Source: Candidatus Omnitrophota bacterium (lineage in GTDB: Bacteria > Omnitrophota > Gorgyraeia > Duberdicusellales > 4484-171). From it: DNA of 64,000 bases. The notes beneath the pieces were generated by a model. It made no database searches. It was not told the DNA's origin and saw only the letters and a program-made list of their open reading frames with translations. Below, piece after piece: positions 10,767 through 20,630 of this stretch. How positions within the stretch are numbered: position 1 is the stretch's first letter; every line of letters begins with the position of its first letter. Location of the stretch: positions 1,314 through 65,313 of the forward strand of contig JAFGQU010000004.1 of NCBI GenBank assembly GCA_016935525.1. Direction: 5' to 3'. Position numbers and translations under genes: made by a program.

Positions 10767-11074
10767 CAATGGACAGATATTTTTCGGGCATGCAGGAAGC
10801 TTTTTTCCACGGGTGCGGTTATTCTAAGCATGCCGTCCCGAAAATCGGCATCTATCCTTTTGGTATCTACCTCTTCGCAAAACCGGTAGCAGGAATCAAA
10901 AACCAAGTCCTCCTTTTTCGCTTTCAGGCAGAACCCGGCTTTTCCGGCATCCAACACGATATCTCTTTTTCTCACTCCGGCCAGATCTATCTCGGTAGTA
11001 ATGGTGCTTCCTTCATCGCTGTAATACATGTCTACCGGCGGACACATATGAAATTCTATCTTTTCTCTTTTCAT
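10766..11074 (-). CDS. Hsp20/alpha-crystallin small heat shock protein
   Basis: PPVDMY..EIDLAGVRKRDI..IDADFRDGMLRITAP; GGAGG RBS. Confidence 0.85.
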   Translation of the reverse strand: MKREKIEFHMCPPVDMYYSDEGSTITTEIDLAGVRKRDIVLDAGKAGFCLKAKKEDLVFDSCYRFCEEVDTKRIDADFRDGMLRITAPVEKSFLHARKISVH

Positions 11075-11358
11075 ACCCCCCTCCTTTTACGCCTTGCATC
11101 TTCTTAAATAGCCTCTCCCCCTTTTTTATTTAGATAAGGGAAATCGAAGAAAGTTTCAAATAAAGACGGTATTTCCAGGGAAATCAGGAAGGGAAAAAGA
11201 ACGGGCATACTGCGGTCAACAGGTAAGACGGAATGCGCCGGCTATTTTTCTGCCGGTTTTCACGCGTTCATTAAAAAGAGAAACTGCCGTGGCGTGTCTG
11301 TTTTTTTTCACTATAAACTCACGGCCGACGATTATCGACTATTCGGGCGGGATCAGGG

Positions 11359-11787
11359 TTAAACCGTTTTAATCCATCCCTCGATTGTTTCCTTGATTTT
11401 ATCTCTTACGATCCTGGTTTTCGCTAATTTTTCCTGGGGTGAACCCTGAAAACTCGAGGGATCGGCGAATCCCCAGTGAAGCATCCGGAGCGTATTAGGA
11501 AAAATCGGGCATTTCTGCGACTGCGATTCATCACATACGGTGATGACGTAATGGTACCGTTTACCCTGTTTGTAGAAATCGAACGCGCTTTTGGTCTTAT
11601 TCCCGGAAATATCGATGCCGATCTCTTTCATGACCTCGACCGCTACCGGGTTCAACCTACCCGGTTCAAGGCCGGCGCTTTCGACTTCAAACCGGTCGCC
11701 GGCAAGCTGTTTTAAAAAAGCCTCCGCCATCTGGCTGCGGGCCGAATTATGCACACAGACAAATAAAACCTTCAATTTATCACTCAT
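11359..11787 (-). CDS. arsC: Thioredoxin-coupled arsenate reductase (LMW-PTP family)
   Basis: [13 protein letters not shown]-loop, ITVCD..KCP, HWGFADP; downstream of acr3. Confidence 0.93.
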   Translation of the reverse strand: MSDKLKVLFVCVHNSARSQMAEAFLKQLAGDRFEVESAGLEPGRLNPVAVEVMKEIGIDISGNKTKSAFDFYKQGKRYHYVITVCDESQSQKCPIFPNTLRMLHWGFADPSSFQGSPQEKLAKTRIVRDKIKETIEGWIKTV

Positions 11788-11805
11788 AAGATCTCCTCCT
11801 TCTTT

Positions 11806-12015
11806 TTATTTAATGTACAATTCGGTAAGGATAAACATTAATAACGCTATAATAGATAATATTCCAACAACCAGATATCCTTGAACCAGATTATCTTTAA
11901 TTGGACACTCGCATTCTTTATTGTCACATTTTCTGGATTTCCACATAAAATACCTGTAAATGCCCAAGAAAAAAAGAACAGATACGACGGATTGAATCAA
12001 TATTTTAATATTCAT
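11806..12015 (-). CDS. Small two-TM membrane protein with a Cys-rich loop (MerT-like topology)
   Basis: MNIKILIQ...[14 protein letters not shown]; GGAGG RBS before ATG 12015. Confidence 0.65.
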   Translation of the reverse strand: MNIKILIQSVVSVLFFLGIYRYFMWKSRKCDNKECECPIKDNLVQGYLVVGILSIIALLMFILTELYIK

Positions 12016-12157
12016 GGTTCTGACCTCCGCTAACATGGTTACCTGTACTCGAGATAAAAAGACAACAAGGTCCCGACTTGCCTCGTTCAGGAGAAGACAG
12101 CAATGCAGACACTAACAACCCCGCCACAACAAGGATGTATTTAAACCACATTTTCAT
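12005..12157 (-). CDS. Putative 50-aa peptide with signal/TM segment and a CC pair
   Basis: Hand translation [50 protein letters not shown]; fills the gap after acr3 and overlaps the next start; below the track's size cutoff. Confidence 0.5.
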   Translation of the reverse strand: MKMWFKYILVVAGLLVSALLSSPERGKSGPCCLFISSTGNHVSGGQNHEY

Positions 12158-12179
12158 GTTTAAACCCCGTTAGAGAATT

Positions 12180-13364
12180 TCATCTTCGAGCGTTGGTCTT
12201 CTCTAACGGGGTAAACCAATATTGTGTATTAAGACAGAATTTAACAAGCATCAACATTACCGGAACCTCAATGAGAACCCCAACTACGGTCGCCAGAGCC
12301 GCTCCGGATGACAGGCCGAATAACATTGTCGCGGTAGCGATAGCAACTTCAAAATGGTTGCTTGCCCCGATCATGGCCGACGGCGCCGCGTCTTCATAAC
12401 TCAATTTTATTTTTTTCGCCAGCCAGTACGTAATCGCGAATATTAAACAAGTCTGTATAAAAAGCGGTATCGCGATCCACAATATCGTCAACGGTTGAGA
12501 AAGGATAATCTCACCTTTAAACGAAAATAAAAGGACAAGCGTTACCAATAACGCTGTTATTGAGACCGGCGCGAGAACGTGCAGGAACTTCTCGTTAAAC
12601 CATTCAATCCCTTTAGAACCGATGATCCATTTTCTTGAAAAATAACCGGCGATAAGCGGCAGCGCGACATAAATCGCGATAGACAGCAACAACGCCTGCC
12701 AGGGAACCGGCATACGCCCGATTCCAAGAAGAAAGCCTCCCAGGACACCGTACAGCAAAAGCATTGTCAAAGAATTGATCGCGACCATGACCAGAGTATG
12801 TCCGTCATTTCCTTTGGATAAATATCCCCACACCAGCACCATCGCCGTGCACGGCGCGATACCAAGCAAAATACACCCGGCAAAATAACTTCGCCATAAC
12901 GGGACCTGTAGCATTTTCATCCCTTCATGAAAAACTACTCTTCCTGAGCCGTGAATAGAGCCCAGGACCCAATCCGCGCCGGGAGGAAGTTTCACGAAAT
13001 CTACCGCTTCCGGTCCGATCAGGCCTTTAAACAATACCCCCAAAAACAAAAACGCGATACCGTACATGGTAAACGGCTTTATCGCCCAGTTCACAAATAA
13101 AGTCAACCCGACCGGCTTCGGGGATTTTCCCGCTTTGATGACTTCCGCGAAATCAATTTTTACCATAATGGGATACATCATAAAAAACAGACATACTGCG
13201 ATCGGAATGGAAACCACCGGAGCGCCGCTCACATTTATGGCAAAGCTATCAAGCGCCTTAGCAACACCGGGTGCCATTTTCCCCAGCAGTATTCCGGCAC
13301 CGATGCAGGCAATCACCCATACGGTCAGATATTTCTCAAAAAACCCTAAACTTCTTTCAGCCAT
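12180..13364 (-). CDS. acr3: Acr3 arsenite efflux transporter
   Basis: [50 protein letters not shown]. Confidence 0.95.
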   Translation of the reverse strand: MAERSLGFFEKYLTVWVIACIGAGILLGKMAPGVAKALDSFAINVSGAPVVSIPIAVCLFFMMYPIMVKIDFAEVIKAGKSPKPVGLTLFVNWAIKPFTMYGIAFLFLGVLFKGLIGPEAVDFVKLPPGADWVLGSIHGSGRVVFHEGMKMLQVPLWRSYFAGCILLGIAPCTAMVLVWGYLSKGNDGHTLVMVAINSLTMLLLYGVLGGFLLGIGRMPVPWQALLLSIAIYVALPLIAGYFSRKWIIGSKGIEWFNEKFLHVLAPVSITALLVTLVLLFSFKGEIILSQPLTILWIAIPLFIQTCLIFAITYWLAKKIKLSYEDAAPSAMIGASNHFEVAIATATMLFGLSSGAALATVVGVLIEVPVMLMLVKFCLNTQYWFTPLEKTNARR

Positions 13365-13661
13365 TTACTTCTCCTTAAATTTACAACAACCGCCTTCAAT
13401 CTTTATTGCCTTAATATTCACTAACGCGTCGGCTATTTTTTTATGCGCTGATTCTAATATACGGGATATGGTTGAACGATGAACTTTCATCTTCTTTGCC
13501 ACTTGCATTTGAGTTAAACCTTCAAGATGAGAAAGCCGTATCGCTTCAAATTCGTCTATTGTCATATACACACCATCTAATTTATTCAAAGGTTTACACT
13601 GGGGACGAAAACACCTCTCTCCCGGCTCGCATTTCACCCATCGTGTTTTTTTCGGCCTCAT
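13365..13661 (-). CDS. DUF134 (UPF0251) HTH DNA-binding protein, Cys-rich
   Basis: MRPKKTRWV..FRP..DEFEAIRL..GLTQ..A..M.V.RST..RIL..A.KKIADALV..KAIKIEGG; 5 Cys including C-terminal CC; TAA directly abuts the acr3 ATG. Confidence 0.9.
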   Translation of the reverse strand: MRPKKTRWVKCEPGERCFRPQCKPLNKLDGVYMTIDEFEAIRLSHLEGLTQMQVAKKMKVHRSTISRILESAHKKIADALVNIKAIKIEGGCCKFKEK

Positions 13662-13671
13662 CGGTCACCTC

Positions 13672-13724
13672 CTATAATGCACATATGTGCATTATAGTTT
13701 AATACCCGCGCCCGGGACCGTCAA
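13672..13724 (-). promoter_or_regulatory. Sigma70 promoter with a perfect 26-bp palindromic operator
   Basis: TTGACG-N17-TAAACT (13696-13724); CTATAATGCACATATGTGCATTATAG (13672-13697) spans from the -10 element to the GGAGG RBS. Confidence 0.8.
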
Positions 13725-13787
13725 TAGAAAATCCTCATTATTTTTTTCGGCCAAAGAAAGATCAATGAATAAATTTTGGGCAGGATT

Positions 13788-14396
13788 TTAATAGGTACGC
13801 TTAAACTGAATCATGTAGCTGTGCCCCAGATCAGTGATGCCGGTCTTTTCAAAGCCATACTCTTTCATAGCTTTTTCGACTTCTTGAGGCGGCACGCGTA
13901 TCTCAAGGGGCGGGCCGAACCCGGTTTCTTCTTTTTTAAACTCGATAATCGCAAGCTTACCCCCGGGTTTAATGATCCGGACGAGCTCATTTAACAGGGT
14001 ACCTGTATCTCCGGATAAATCTAATCCGTGAAGGACCTGGGCGATAAAACATACATCGATACTTTTATCCTCAAACGGCAAGGAAGAAGATATATCCGAC
14101 GTTATCCCTTTTACATTATGCAATTTCGCAGTGTGAGCCTTGCCGGTTACGATCGCAATCACTTCTTCCCACTGATCGAGAGCATATACCGTGCCGGAAG
14201 GGCCGACGATCTTTGCCGCTTCCAGTGAATAATCGCCCGCGCCACACCCCAGATCAAGAAAAGAACATCCTTCTTTAAGAGCAAGCGCAGCAAAAACACG
14301 TTCAGTATCGTACCGATTGAAACTGCTTATCCCCTGTTTCTGCCGTTCGATACCGCCGTGGTCGTGTTCGTGGCGAAGCCTGTTTTTATCTTTCAT
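13788..14396 (-). CDS. Class I SAM-dependent methyltransferase
   Basis: FLDLGCGAG, VYALD, LPFEDKSID, RIIKPGG; His-rich N-terminus HEHDHGG. Confidence 0.88.
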   Translation of the reverse strand: MKDKNRLRHEHDHGGIERQKQGISSFNRYDTERVFAALALKEGCSFLDLGCGAGDYSLEAAKIVGPSGTVYALDQWEEVIAIVTGKAHTAKLHNVKGITSDISSSLPFEDKSIDVCFIAQVLHGLDLSGDTGTLLNELVRIIKPGGKLAIIEFKKEETGFGPPLEIRVPPQEVEKAMKEYGFEKTGITDLGHSYMIQFKRTY

Positions 14397-14421
14397 AGCA
14401 TCATCCCCCTCAGGTAACCGC

Positions 14422-14448
14422 ACCTGGCAACCTACGCGGTTGCCAGGT
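14422..14448. repeat. REP-like palindrome, downstream flank of RAYT
   Basis: ACCTGGCAACC-TACGC-GGTTGCCAGGT. Confidence 0.85.
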
Positions 14449-14450
14449 AA

Positions 14451-15125
14451 TTACTCATCATCAACATCAAAAATAAGACTTTTTATTTTTGCTAACTCCC
14501 GCTGATAAGAAATCCTGTCTGCAACGAAATCCCGATATATTTTGGGACACATCTGAAATAAATCGCTGTATTCACAAATTTTTTCCGTATCCTTATCAAA
14601 AGCGATATATTCCCTATACGAAGATGGTTCCCATTCACAAAGATTCTCTACAAGACAAGCTGTCGTCGGATTGAGATGGATATACCGGGTTAAATGCAAC
14701 AATTGTTCATCGTTTTCTACTAAAACTTTTTTGAAACGACTTTCCCATAGTGGCCCTTTTCTATTATGTTTTGTATTAAAATAACGCGTATAGCTGTTAA
14801 GAATATTATTCATAAAATTTGATATTCCGTTATCTGCCACTTGTTTCAGTATTAAATGGATATGAGTAGGCATAAAACAATAAGCAATAATCTTTACTAT
14901 TTTTTTGTGAGCATCAAGTATCTCTTTGTTTCTTTCCGTATCATTTGCCGCGCGATTGAACTTGCTAAAACTAATAGCTCTATGCTGATATCTATAATAT
15001 CCTATCATTCTCCTCATACGCAGGTAATCACACTCATTATGGAATATTTCGAATTTTGCAATAGTGCGTGAATATACATGATATATTTGCCCTGTCGTTA
15101 ACATTTCAACTTTGTTCGTACGCAT
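14451..15125 (-). mobile_element. REP-associated tyrosine transposase (RAYT, Y1/HUH family)
   Basis: IYHVYSR, AYCFMPTHIHL (HUH), YFNTKHNRKGPLWESRF, RYIHLNP (catalytic Tyr), WEPSSY; visibly AT-richer than its neighbours. Confidence 0.9.
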
Positions 15126-15139
15126 TGATTGTGTCCTCT

Positions 15140-15178
15140 ACTCACCTCTGGCAACCGCGTAGGTTGCCAGAGGTGAGT
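15140..15178. repeat. REP-like palindrome, upstream flank of RAYT
   Basis: ACTCACCTCTGGCAACC-GCGTA-GGTTGCCAGAGGTGAGT; core 15148-15170 is the exact reverse complement of 14424-14446. Confidence 0.85.
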
Positions 15179-15215
15179 CAAAATATTTTCTCTCGTCTTT
15201 CTTTCTTTTGCAATT

Positions 15216-15251
15216 AAAAAACCCCGGTTATGTTATATATAACCGGGGTTT
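15216..15251 (-). terminator. Intrinsic terminator of the nik unit
   Basis: AAACCCCGGTTAT..ATAACCGGGGTTT stem with T-run on the minus strand, about 20 bp after the nikMN stop. Confidence 0.75.
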
Positions 15252-15271
15252 ATGATATATTCCCGTTGTTT

Positions 15272-16171
15272 TTAGTAAGTCTTTACGGTCTCCAAACCGG
15301 TCAGCCCCTTCGCTACGAGCCAGGCAACGAGAAAGGTCAGAGCTACACCGATGAGTCCGGCAAGACCGGTCGCCAGCATCTCATTACTGATTGCCGAAAC
15401 AGTATAATCCGGCAGAGGGCTGACGAATGCCGGAGCAGATTCGTGGAGAAAACTGTATTTTTCCGCGACCCATTCCAGCCCGTCCGGCAGGCCGCTGGCA
15501 AACGGGCTTAACAGAGTTGCAATGATTCCCGATGCAATAAGCGGGACTGTAACCGACCGTCTTTGCGAAACCGCCGTTACTTCGAAACGTAACGCCGCGC
15601 ATACGGCGACAGTGATCAACGCTTCCCCTATACCGATAAAGGCGTGCGTCGAAAGCATCGCGCCGGCAACCTGGAAGAACCCGATCGTTCCGGAAAGAGC
15701 AAGTTCGATACTGCAGACCAGAGCGGCAAGCATCACCGCACACCACGCCGCTATACCTACGCGCGCAACACTGTCTCGATTTCTGTTCAATGCCGCGTAG
15801 ATCAATCCGCCTAACCCGGCGCCGATAATCGCCATGTTAAGGATATTCGCTCCCAGCACCGTAAATCCGCCGTCGGCAAATACCAGGCATTGAATAGTTA
15901 CCACAAGCGCCATCGAGAGTACCCCGAACGGGATTCCCAACAAACTTGAAGCCAGTACTCCTCCCAGCAGATGGCCGCTCGTTCCGCCGTTGATCGGAAA
16001 ATTCATCATCTGACCGGCAAAGATCAACGCGGTAATCGCGGCAAACTTAGCGGACTGCGGTTTCGTTTTTGACCGAAACGCGAAGAACGCGGCCAGACCG
16101 ACTCCCAGAGCGCTGACTACGGCCGTCACCGGACAGATCGTTCCGTTTAACATTTCATTCGGTATATGCAT
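15272..16171 (-). CDS. nikM: ECF-type Ni/Co transporter substrate component, NikM/CbiM fused to a PDGLE (NikN-like) domain
   Basis: N-terminal MHIP metal-binding motif, GTSGHLLGG, QCLVFADGG, C-terminal ASGLPDGLE..PLPDY. Confidence 0.9.
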   Translation of the reverse strand: MHIPNEMLNGTICPVTAVVSALGVGLAAFFAFRSKTKPQSAKFAAITALIFAGQMMNFPINGGTSGHLLGGVLASSLLGIPFGVLSMALVVTIQCLVFADGGFTVLGANILNMAIIGAGLGGLIYAALNRNRDSVARVGIAAWCAVMLAALVCSIELALSGTIGFFQVAGAMLSTHAFIGIGEALITVAVCAALRFEVTAVSQRRSVTVPLIASGIIATLLSPFASGLPDGLEWVAEKYSFLHESAPAFVSPLPDYTVSAISNEMLATGLAGLIGVALTFLVAWLVAKGLTGLETVKTY

Positions 16172-16198
16172 ACCCCACCTCCTTTAATTCCACATGGT

Positions 16199-16939
16199 TC
16201 ATAATGCAATAGTTATCCCGTAGGTAACTTGTAAATCGAAATCGGCACGGGACATTCCGGTACCCACGCCAAGGTCCAAAGTTATCGTGTCGGCAATCGC
16301 ATAATTGAATCCGAACAATATCGCGCACACATTATCATTAAACTCTCTTTTTAATACGGTTTCTCCGACAACTTCACCGACAAGATTGAATTTCTCGTTT
16401 AACGCATATTCGAACGCCAATCCATACGTAAAGCCGTCTTCATTATCCTCTTCCTCGAAATCCTTGCGAAACGCGTATCCGATATTGAGATGCGCGGTGA
16501 ACGGTTCAAATGTTTTTGAAAAAACGCACGCGAGCGAATATTCCGGCCTCCCGGCCCCCACTCCTCTTTCATCGTTTCCCGATTCCGACATATACCCAAA
16601 CACCAAAGCACTATCGGGAAAGGACCCTTTCTCTTTTACCAGGTTCCATTTCAGAGACCCGCCCACGTCCGCAAACCCGTCGGAGTCACTCTCTTCTTTC
16701 GCATCGATAAAGATGTAAGGAACCTCCACCGCCGCGTCCAGGGTATCCCCCACGCCGAAGGTCAAAACAAGACCCATCTCGGTTTCATTATCAAATCCCT
16801 TGACATGTTCGATACCATATTCGATCTCAATATTTCCTCTGCCTACCGTCCCGGCATCGTTGACCGATAACGGCCGGGCCGCAAAGACCGTAACAGGAAA
16901 TATAACCGTCCCCACGATTATACTTACCATCTTTTTCAT
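16199..16939 (-). CDS. Outer-membrane beta-barrel 'transporter' (SphA/MetA-pathway-like)
   Basis: Signal peptide, ARPLSVNDAGTV start, alternating amphipathic strands. Confidence 0.7.
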   Translation of the reverse strand: MKKMVSIIVGTVIFPVTVFAARPLSVNDAGTVGRGNIEIEYGIEHVKGFDNETEMGLVLTFGVGDTLDAAVEVPYIFIDAKEESDSDGFADVGGSLKWNLVKEKGSFPDSALVFGYMSESGNDERGVGAGRPEYSLACVFSKTFEPFTAHLNIGYAFRKDFEEEDNEDGFTYGLAFEYALNEKFNLVGEVVGETVLKREFNDNVCAILFGFNYAIADTITLDLGVGTGMSRADFDLQVTYGITIAL

Positions 16940-16953
16940 CCTTCCCCTCCTTG

Positions 16954-16980
16954 TTGTTACCTTTTAATAAATCGTAACAC
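16954..16980. promoter_or_regulatory. NikR operator
   Basis: TGTTAC-N13-GTAACA inverted repeat just upstream of the RBS, matching the GTGTTA-N15-TAACAC NikR-type box. Confidence 0.75.
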
Positions 16981-17098
16981 CTAAAATCAAAAAAAATTAG
17001 CTTCCCCTCTGTGCATACAAACACGGCTCTCTCAGTCGAGGAAGCTTCGTTGCAATCAAGTTATTTCGGCCATGCGATAGATGAGAAAGAACTCACAA

Positions 17099-17512
17099 TT
17101 ATTTGCCCGAATATACGCCACTCGCCACCAACTGTCCATGCTTCATCCCTTTTATCCCGATCAGTTTATCGGCCAGTTCTTTTAACTTCCTCGCTTTACC
17201 TTTTAACGCGATGATCTCCAGACAATTATGATGGTCAAGATGGACATGCTGGACCGACAATACCAGTTCCTGATACTGGTGCTGGATATCGATCGATCTG
17301 TTCAGAAGGTCTCGTTTATGATGATCATAGACCAGGACTGCACATCCGGCAACTTCCCGGTTATGTTCCCAGGCTAAAGATACGAGGTTGTTATTGATAA
17401 GAAAACGTATCGCCTGGGACCGGTTGGGGAATTTATGCCCGGAGACGAACGCGTCAAGTTTTTTTAACAGGCCCTCTTCCAGCGATACTCCGAATCTTTT
17501 TACTTTTTTCAT
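17099..17512 (-). CDS. nikR: Nickel-responsive transcriptional regulator
   Basis: RFGVSL RHH domain, NRSQAIR, YDHH, HVHLDHHNCLE. Confidence 0.96.
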   Translation of the reverse strand: MKKVKRFGVSLEEGLLKKLDAFVSGHKFPNRSQAIRFLINNNLVSLAWEHNREVAGCAVLVYDHHKRDLLNRSIDIQHQYQELVLSVQHVHLDHHNCLEIIALKGKARKLKELADKLIGIKGMKHGQLVASGVYSGK

Positions 17513-17513
17513 A

Positions 17514-17558
17514 GTAATATCTTTTTTAAAATAGTAACACTATAAAGATTTGTGTCAA
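17514..17558 (-). promoter_or_regulatory. nikR promoter with degenerate NikR box (autoregulation)
   Basis: TTGACA-N16-TACTAT; GTAATA-N15-TAACAC at 17514-17540 next to the start codon. Confidence 0.6.
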
Positions 17559-17612
17559 GGAGAATCTCTCCCGTCATACGTACTGCGCCGTGAGTATCGC
17601 ATATGTGATGCG

Positions 17613-17704
17613 GTCTTTGGTTTATCGTCTCTGGTCTTTAGTCTTTGGTATATAGTTTTTCTCTTGTTTTTCCACTAAATACTGTCGACCATAGACTAAC
17701 GACT
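17613..17704. repeat. Heptamer-periodic inverted repeat element (GTCTTTG-like x6, then inverse GACYAxA units)
   Basis: gtctttg gtttatc gtctctg gtcttta gtctttg gtatata ... gaccata gactaac gact; 20 bp shared in inverted orientation with 51093-51112. Confidence 0.75.
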
Positions 17705-17706
17705 TT

Positions 17707-19674
17707 TTATTCGTACCGTAACGCTTCGATAGGGTTCAGTTCCGAAGCTTTCTTCGCCGGCCAAAGTCCAAACCCGATACCTACCGTGATAGAAAACGTC
17801 GTCGCGAGCACGATACTGAACGGCGTGACCCGTGTCGCCCAGCCGGCAGAAATCGCCAGGACCACCGCCATCGCCGACCCTAACGCGATCCCCATCAGCC
17901 CCCCGCTGAACGTCATCACTACCGCTTCGATCAAAAACTGGGTCATAATGTCGCCTTTACGGGCGCCGAGCGCTTTACGCAGGCCGATCTCTCGCGTACG
18001 TTCGGTCACCGATACCAGCATGATATTCATTATTCCGACGCCGCCGACCAGAAGCGAGATCGCCGCGATGCAACCTAACAGCATACTCATAGTCTGGGTA
18101 GTACTGGAAAGCATATCCTGGATCTCACTCATGTCCCTGATATGAAAAGAATCCGTATCGTCTTTGTTTAGCCGGTGCCGTTTGATGATCAGGTTCTCTA
18201 TTGCCTGGGTCGCCTGTTCCATAAGATTCTCGTTACTTACTTCTATAAAGATCGTATCAAGATAATCTTTTCCCAACACGCGGTACATCGCGGTCGTAAC
18301 CGGTATATACGCCACGTCATCCTGATCACGGAACCCGCCCGAACCCTTAGGCGGGGCGATACCGATGACTTTGAAATTAATACGGTTTATCTTTATGGTC
18401 TCACCGACCGGGTTTTTATCGCCGAACAGGTTCTTTACTACCGTCATCCCCAATACCGTGACTTTCGCGCGTTCTTCGATCTCATCGGGAGTGAACCACT
18501 GGCCGACGGCAGGAACGGTCGCCCGCATCTGGCCGTAATCATATCCTACGCCCTCAAGGCTTGTGTTCCAATTCGCGTTCTCATATACGGTCTGCGCGGA
18601 CCCGCCAACCCGGCCGCTTGCTTTTGCAACCAGCGGGCTGAGCGCGCGGATCGCGGACACATCGTTAAACGTAAACCGCTCGACCGAACCGACACCCATC
18701 GCTACTCCGCGTATCCTGGCCGAACCGCCGCGGACCATAAGCAGGTTGGAACCCAGGCTTTTTAACTGTTCCCGGAGCGATTCTTTTGCGCCTTCGCCTA
18801 ACGCAAGCATGGCGATGACCGCCCCGACTCCGAACAGTATTCCCATCATCGAAAGGATCGAACGGGTCTTATTGGAAAGGATCGCGTGAAATGACTGGCG
18901 AAGATGTTCGAAAAATTCGATAGTACCCCAGGCCGAATGGGTCTGCCCGGTGACTTCATCAAGAGATATTCCTTTATCTTTTTGAGAAATACTCCCCGGA
19001 GAAGATTTCTTTTCGTCGGAAAGGACCTTCCCGTCACGCATCGTGATGACCCGGGATGCGTATTGGGCGATCTCGCGGTCATGAGTGACTACGATTATGG
19101 TCTTACCCTGGCCATTCAGTTGTTTGAGAATACCCATGATCTCTTTACCGCTTTTACTGTCAAGGTTCCCGGTAGGTTCGTCGGCAAAAATGATCGTCGG
19201 ATCGTTTACTAAAGCGCGGGCAATCGCGACCCGCTGCTGCTGGCCGCCGGAAAGTTCGTTGGGCCGGTGCAGAGCCCGGTCGTTAAGCCCGACTTCTGCC
19301 AACCGTTTATCCGCCTCATGAAAAATATTCTTTTTCCCGGCATAGATAAGCGGTAACGCGACATTTTCCCGCGCGGTCACCCGGCGCAGGAGATGAAACT
19401 GCTGGAACACAAATCCCGCCAGATGGTTTCTTAACGCGGCAAGGTCACCGTCGGAAAACCGGGTAAGATCTTTACCGAATATTTTATAGATACCACCTGC
19501 ATCCGGACGGTCCAGGAACCCCAGGATATGCATAAGCGTGGATTTACCTGAACCTGAAGGCCCCATGATCACGATAAATTCGCCCGGCGAAATGGCAAGC
19601 GAAACATCGTGTAACGCTTTAAGCGCGACTTTACCGGTATAGTATGTTTTGGATATATTCTGTAATTCAATCAT
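17707..19674 (-). CDS. macB: MacB-family ABC transporter (ATPase-permease fusion)
   Basis: [55 protein letters not shown]. Confidence 0.95.
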   Translation of the reverse strand: MIELQNISKTYYTGKVALKALHDVSLAISPGEFIVIMGPSGSGKSTLMHILGFLDRPDAGGIYKIFGKDLTRFSDGDLAALRNHLAGFVFQQFHLLRRVTARENVALPLIYAGKKNIFHEADKRLAEVGLNDRALHRPNELSGGQQQRVAIARALVNDPTIIFADEPTGNLDSKSGKEIMGILKQLNGQGKTIIVVTHDREIAQYASRVITMRDGKVLSDEKKSSPGSISQKDKGISLDEVTGQTHSAWGTIEFFEHLRQSFHAILSNKTRSILSMMGILFGVGAVIAMLALGEGAKESLREQLKSLGSNLLMVRGGSARIRGVAMGVGSVERFTFNDVSAIRALSPLVAKASGRVGGSAQTVYENANWNTSLEGVGYDYGQMRATVPAVGQWFTPDEIEERAKVTVLGMTVVKNLFGDKNPVGETIKINRINFKVIGIAPPKGSGGFRDQDDVAYIPVTTAMYRVLGKDYLDTIFIEVSNENLMEQATQAIENLIIKRHRLNKDDTDSFHIRDMSEIQDMLSSTTQTMSMLLGCIAAISLLVGGVGIMNIMLVSVTERTREIGLRKALGARKGDIMTQFLIEAVVMTFSGGLMGIALGSAMAVVLAISAGWATRVTPFSIVLATTFSITVGIGFGLWPAKKASELNPIEALRYE

Positions 19675-19676
19675 AG

Positions 19677-20630
19677 TTATCGCCGGCGCGGCATAAACGG
19701 ATTTATCCCGCCGTTCTCTTTTTGCGGTATATACATCTGGCTCTGTATCACTACCGTATCGTTCACGTGTAATCCCGAGACGATCTCGACGTTGGTATCA
19801 TCACTTAACCCGGTCTCGACCGGCCGGGTCTCTATCGTTTTATCGGATGAGTCCTCTATGAATACGACCTTACGGCCGTCCCGGGTCTGTAACGCCATAA
19901 CCGGGATCATAAGTACGTTATCTTTTTCTTTTTCGATGACAGTCACGTTGGCGCTCATCCCCGAACGCAGGAATTCCGGTATTTCGACCGGTACGATATC
20001 CACATCATAGATAATCACGTTATTCACTATTTGCGATTCATACGCGATATGGTCGACTATACCTTCGATCTTTACCTGAGGATAGGCGTCAAGCGTAATG
20101 AACGCTTTCTGCCCGACTTTTACCCGGGCAATATCGGTTTCATCGAACTGCGCTTTCATGATCAGCCGGTCGGATAATACCAATACCGTATCGGCCGTCG
20201 TCACGGTCTGGCCCGGTTCGACGTCCCGTACGATCACCTCACCGTCGATCGGCGAGACTAACATGCTTTCCTTATATACGTTTTCCCAGTATTCGGTCGC
20301 CTGATCTCCTTGAGCGCGAGCGACGTCGATAAGCGCCGCGCGTTCGGTAGAACTCATCTTCGCCAGGACTTCCCCTCTTTTTACCCGGTCGCCCTCTTTC
20401 ACGAGGATATCGTCGATACGGCCGCTGATCGAAGGTTTTATCTGAAGACGGTTTTGCGGTTCGACCTCACCGGTCGTAGAAAGAGTGACCATGATGTGTC
20501 CGTATACCGGCCGGACCATCCTCATGGTCGTTGTTTCCTGCGAGGTACCGTTCTTATACCTGTACGCAAAAAACAGGACGATACCGAGCACGATAATCAT
20601 CACCACGATAATTCTCTTAATTCCGGTCAT
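19677..20630 (-). CDS. macA: Periplasmic adaptor (MacA-like membrane fusion protein)
   Basis: TM anchor, SGRIDDILVKEGDRV lipoyl half, SPIDG, DETDI, LRSGMSA; helical hairpin appears very short. Confidence 0.88.
   Translation of the reverse strand: MTGIKRIIVVMIIVLGIVLFFAYRYKNGTSQETTTMRMVRPVYGHIMVTLSTTGEVEPQNRLQIKPSISGRIDDILVKEGDRVKRGEVLAKMSSTERAALIDVARAQGDQATEYWENVYKESMLVSPIDGEVIVRDVEPGQTVTTADTVLVLSDRLIMKAQFDETDIARVKVGQKAFITLDAYPQVKIEGIVDHIAYESQIVNNVIIYDVDIVPVEIPEFLRSGMSANVTVIEKEKDNVLMIPVMALQTRDGRKVVFIEDSSDKTIETRPVETGLSDDTNVEIVSGLHVNDTVVIQSQMYIPQKENGGINPFMPRRR

Noticed and set aside
13788-14396. Methyltransferase as ArsM
   Set aside because: It is short, lacks the ArsM Cys arrangement and is separated from the ars operon by that operon's own promoter.
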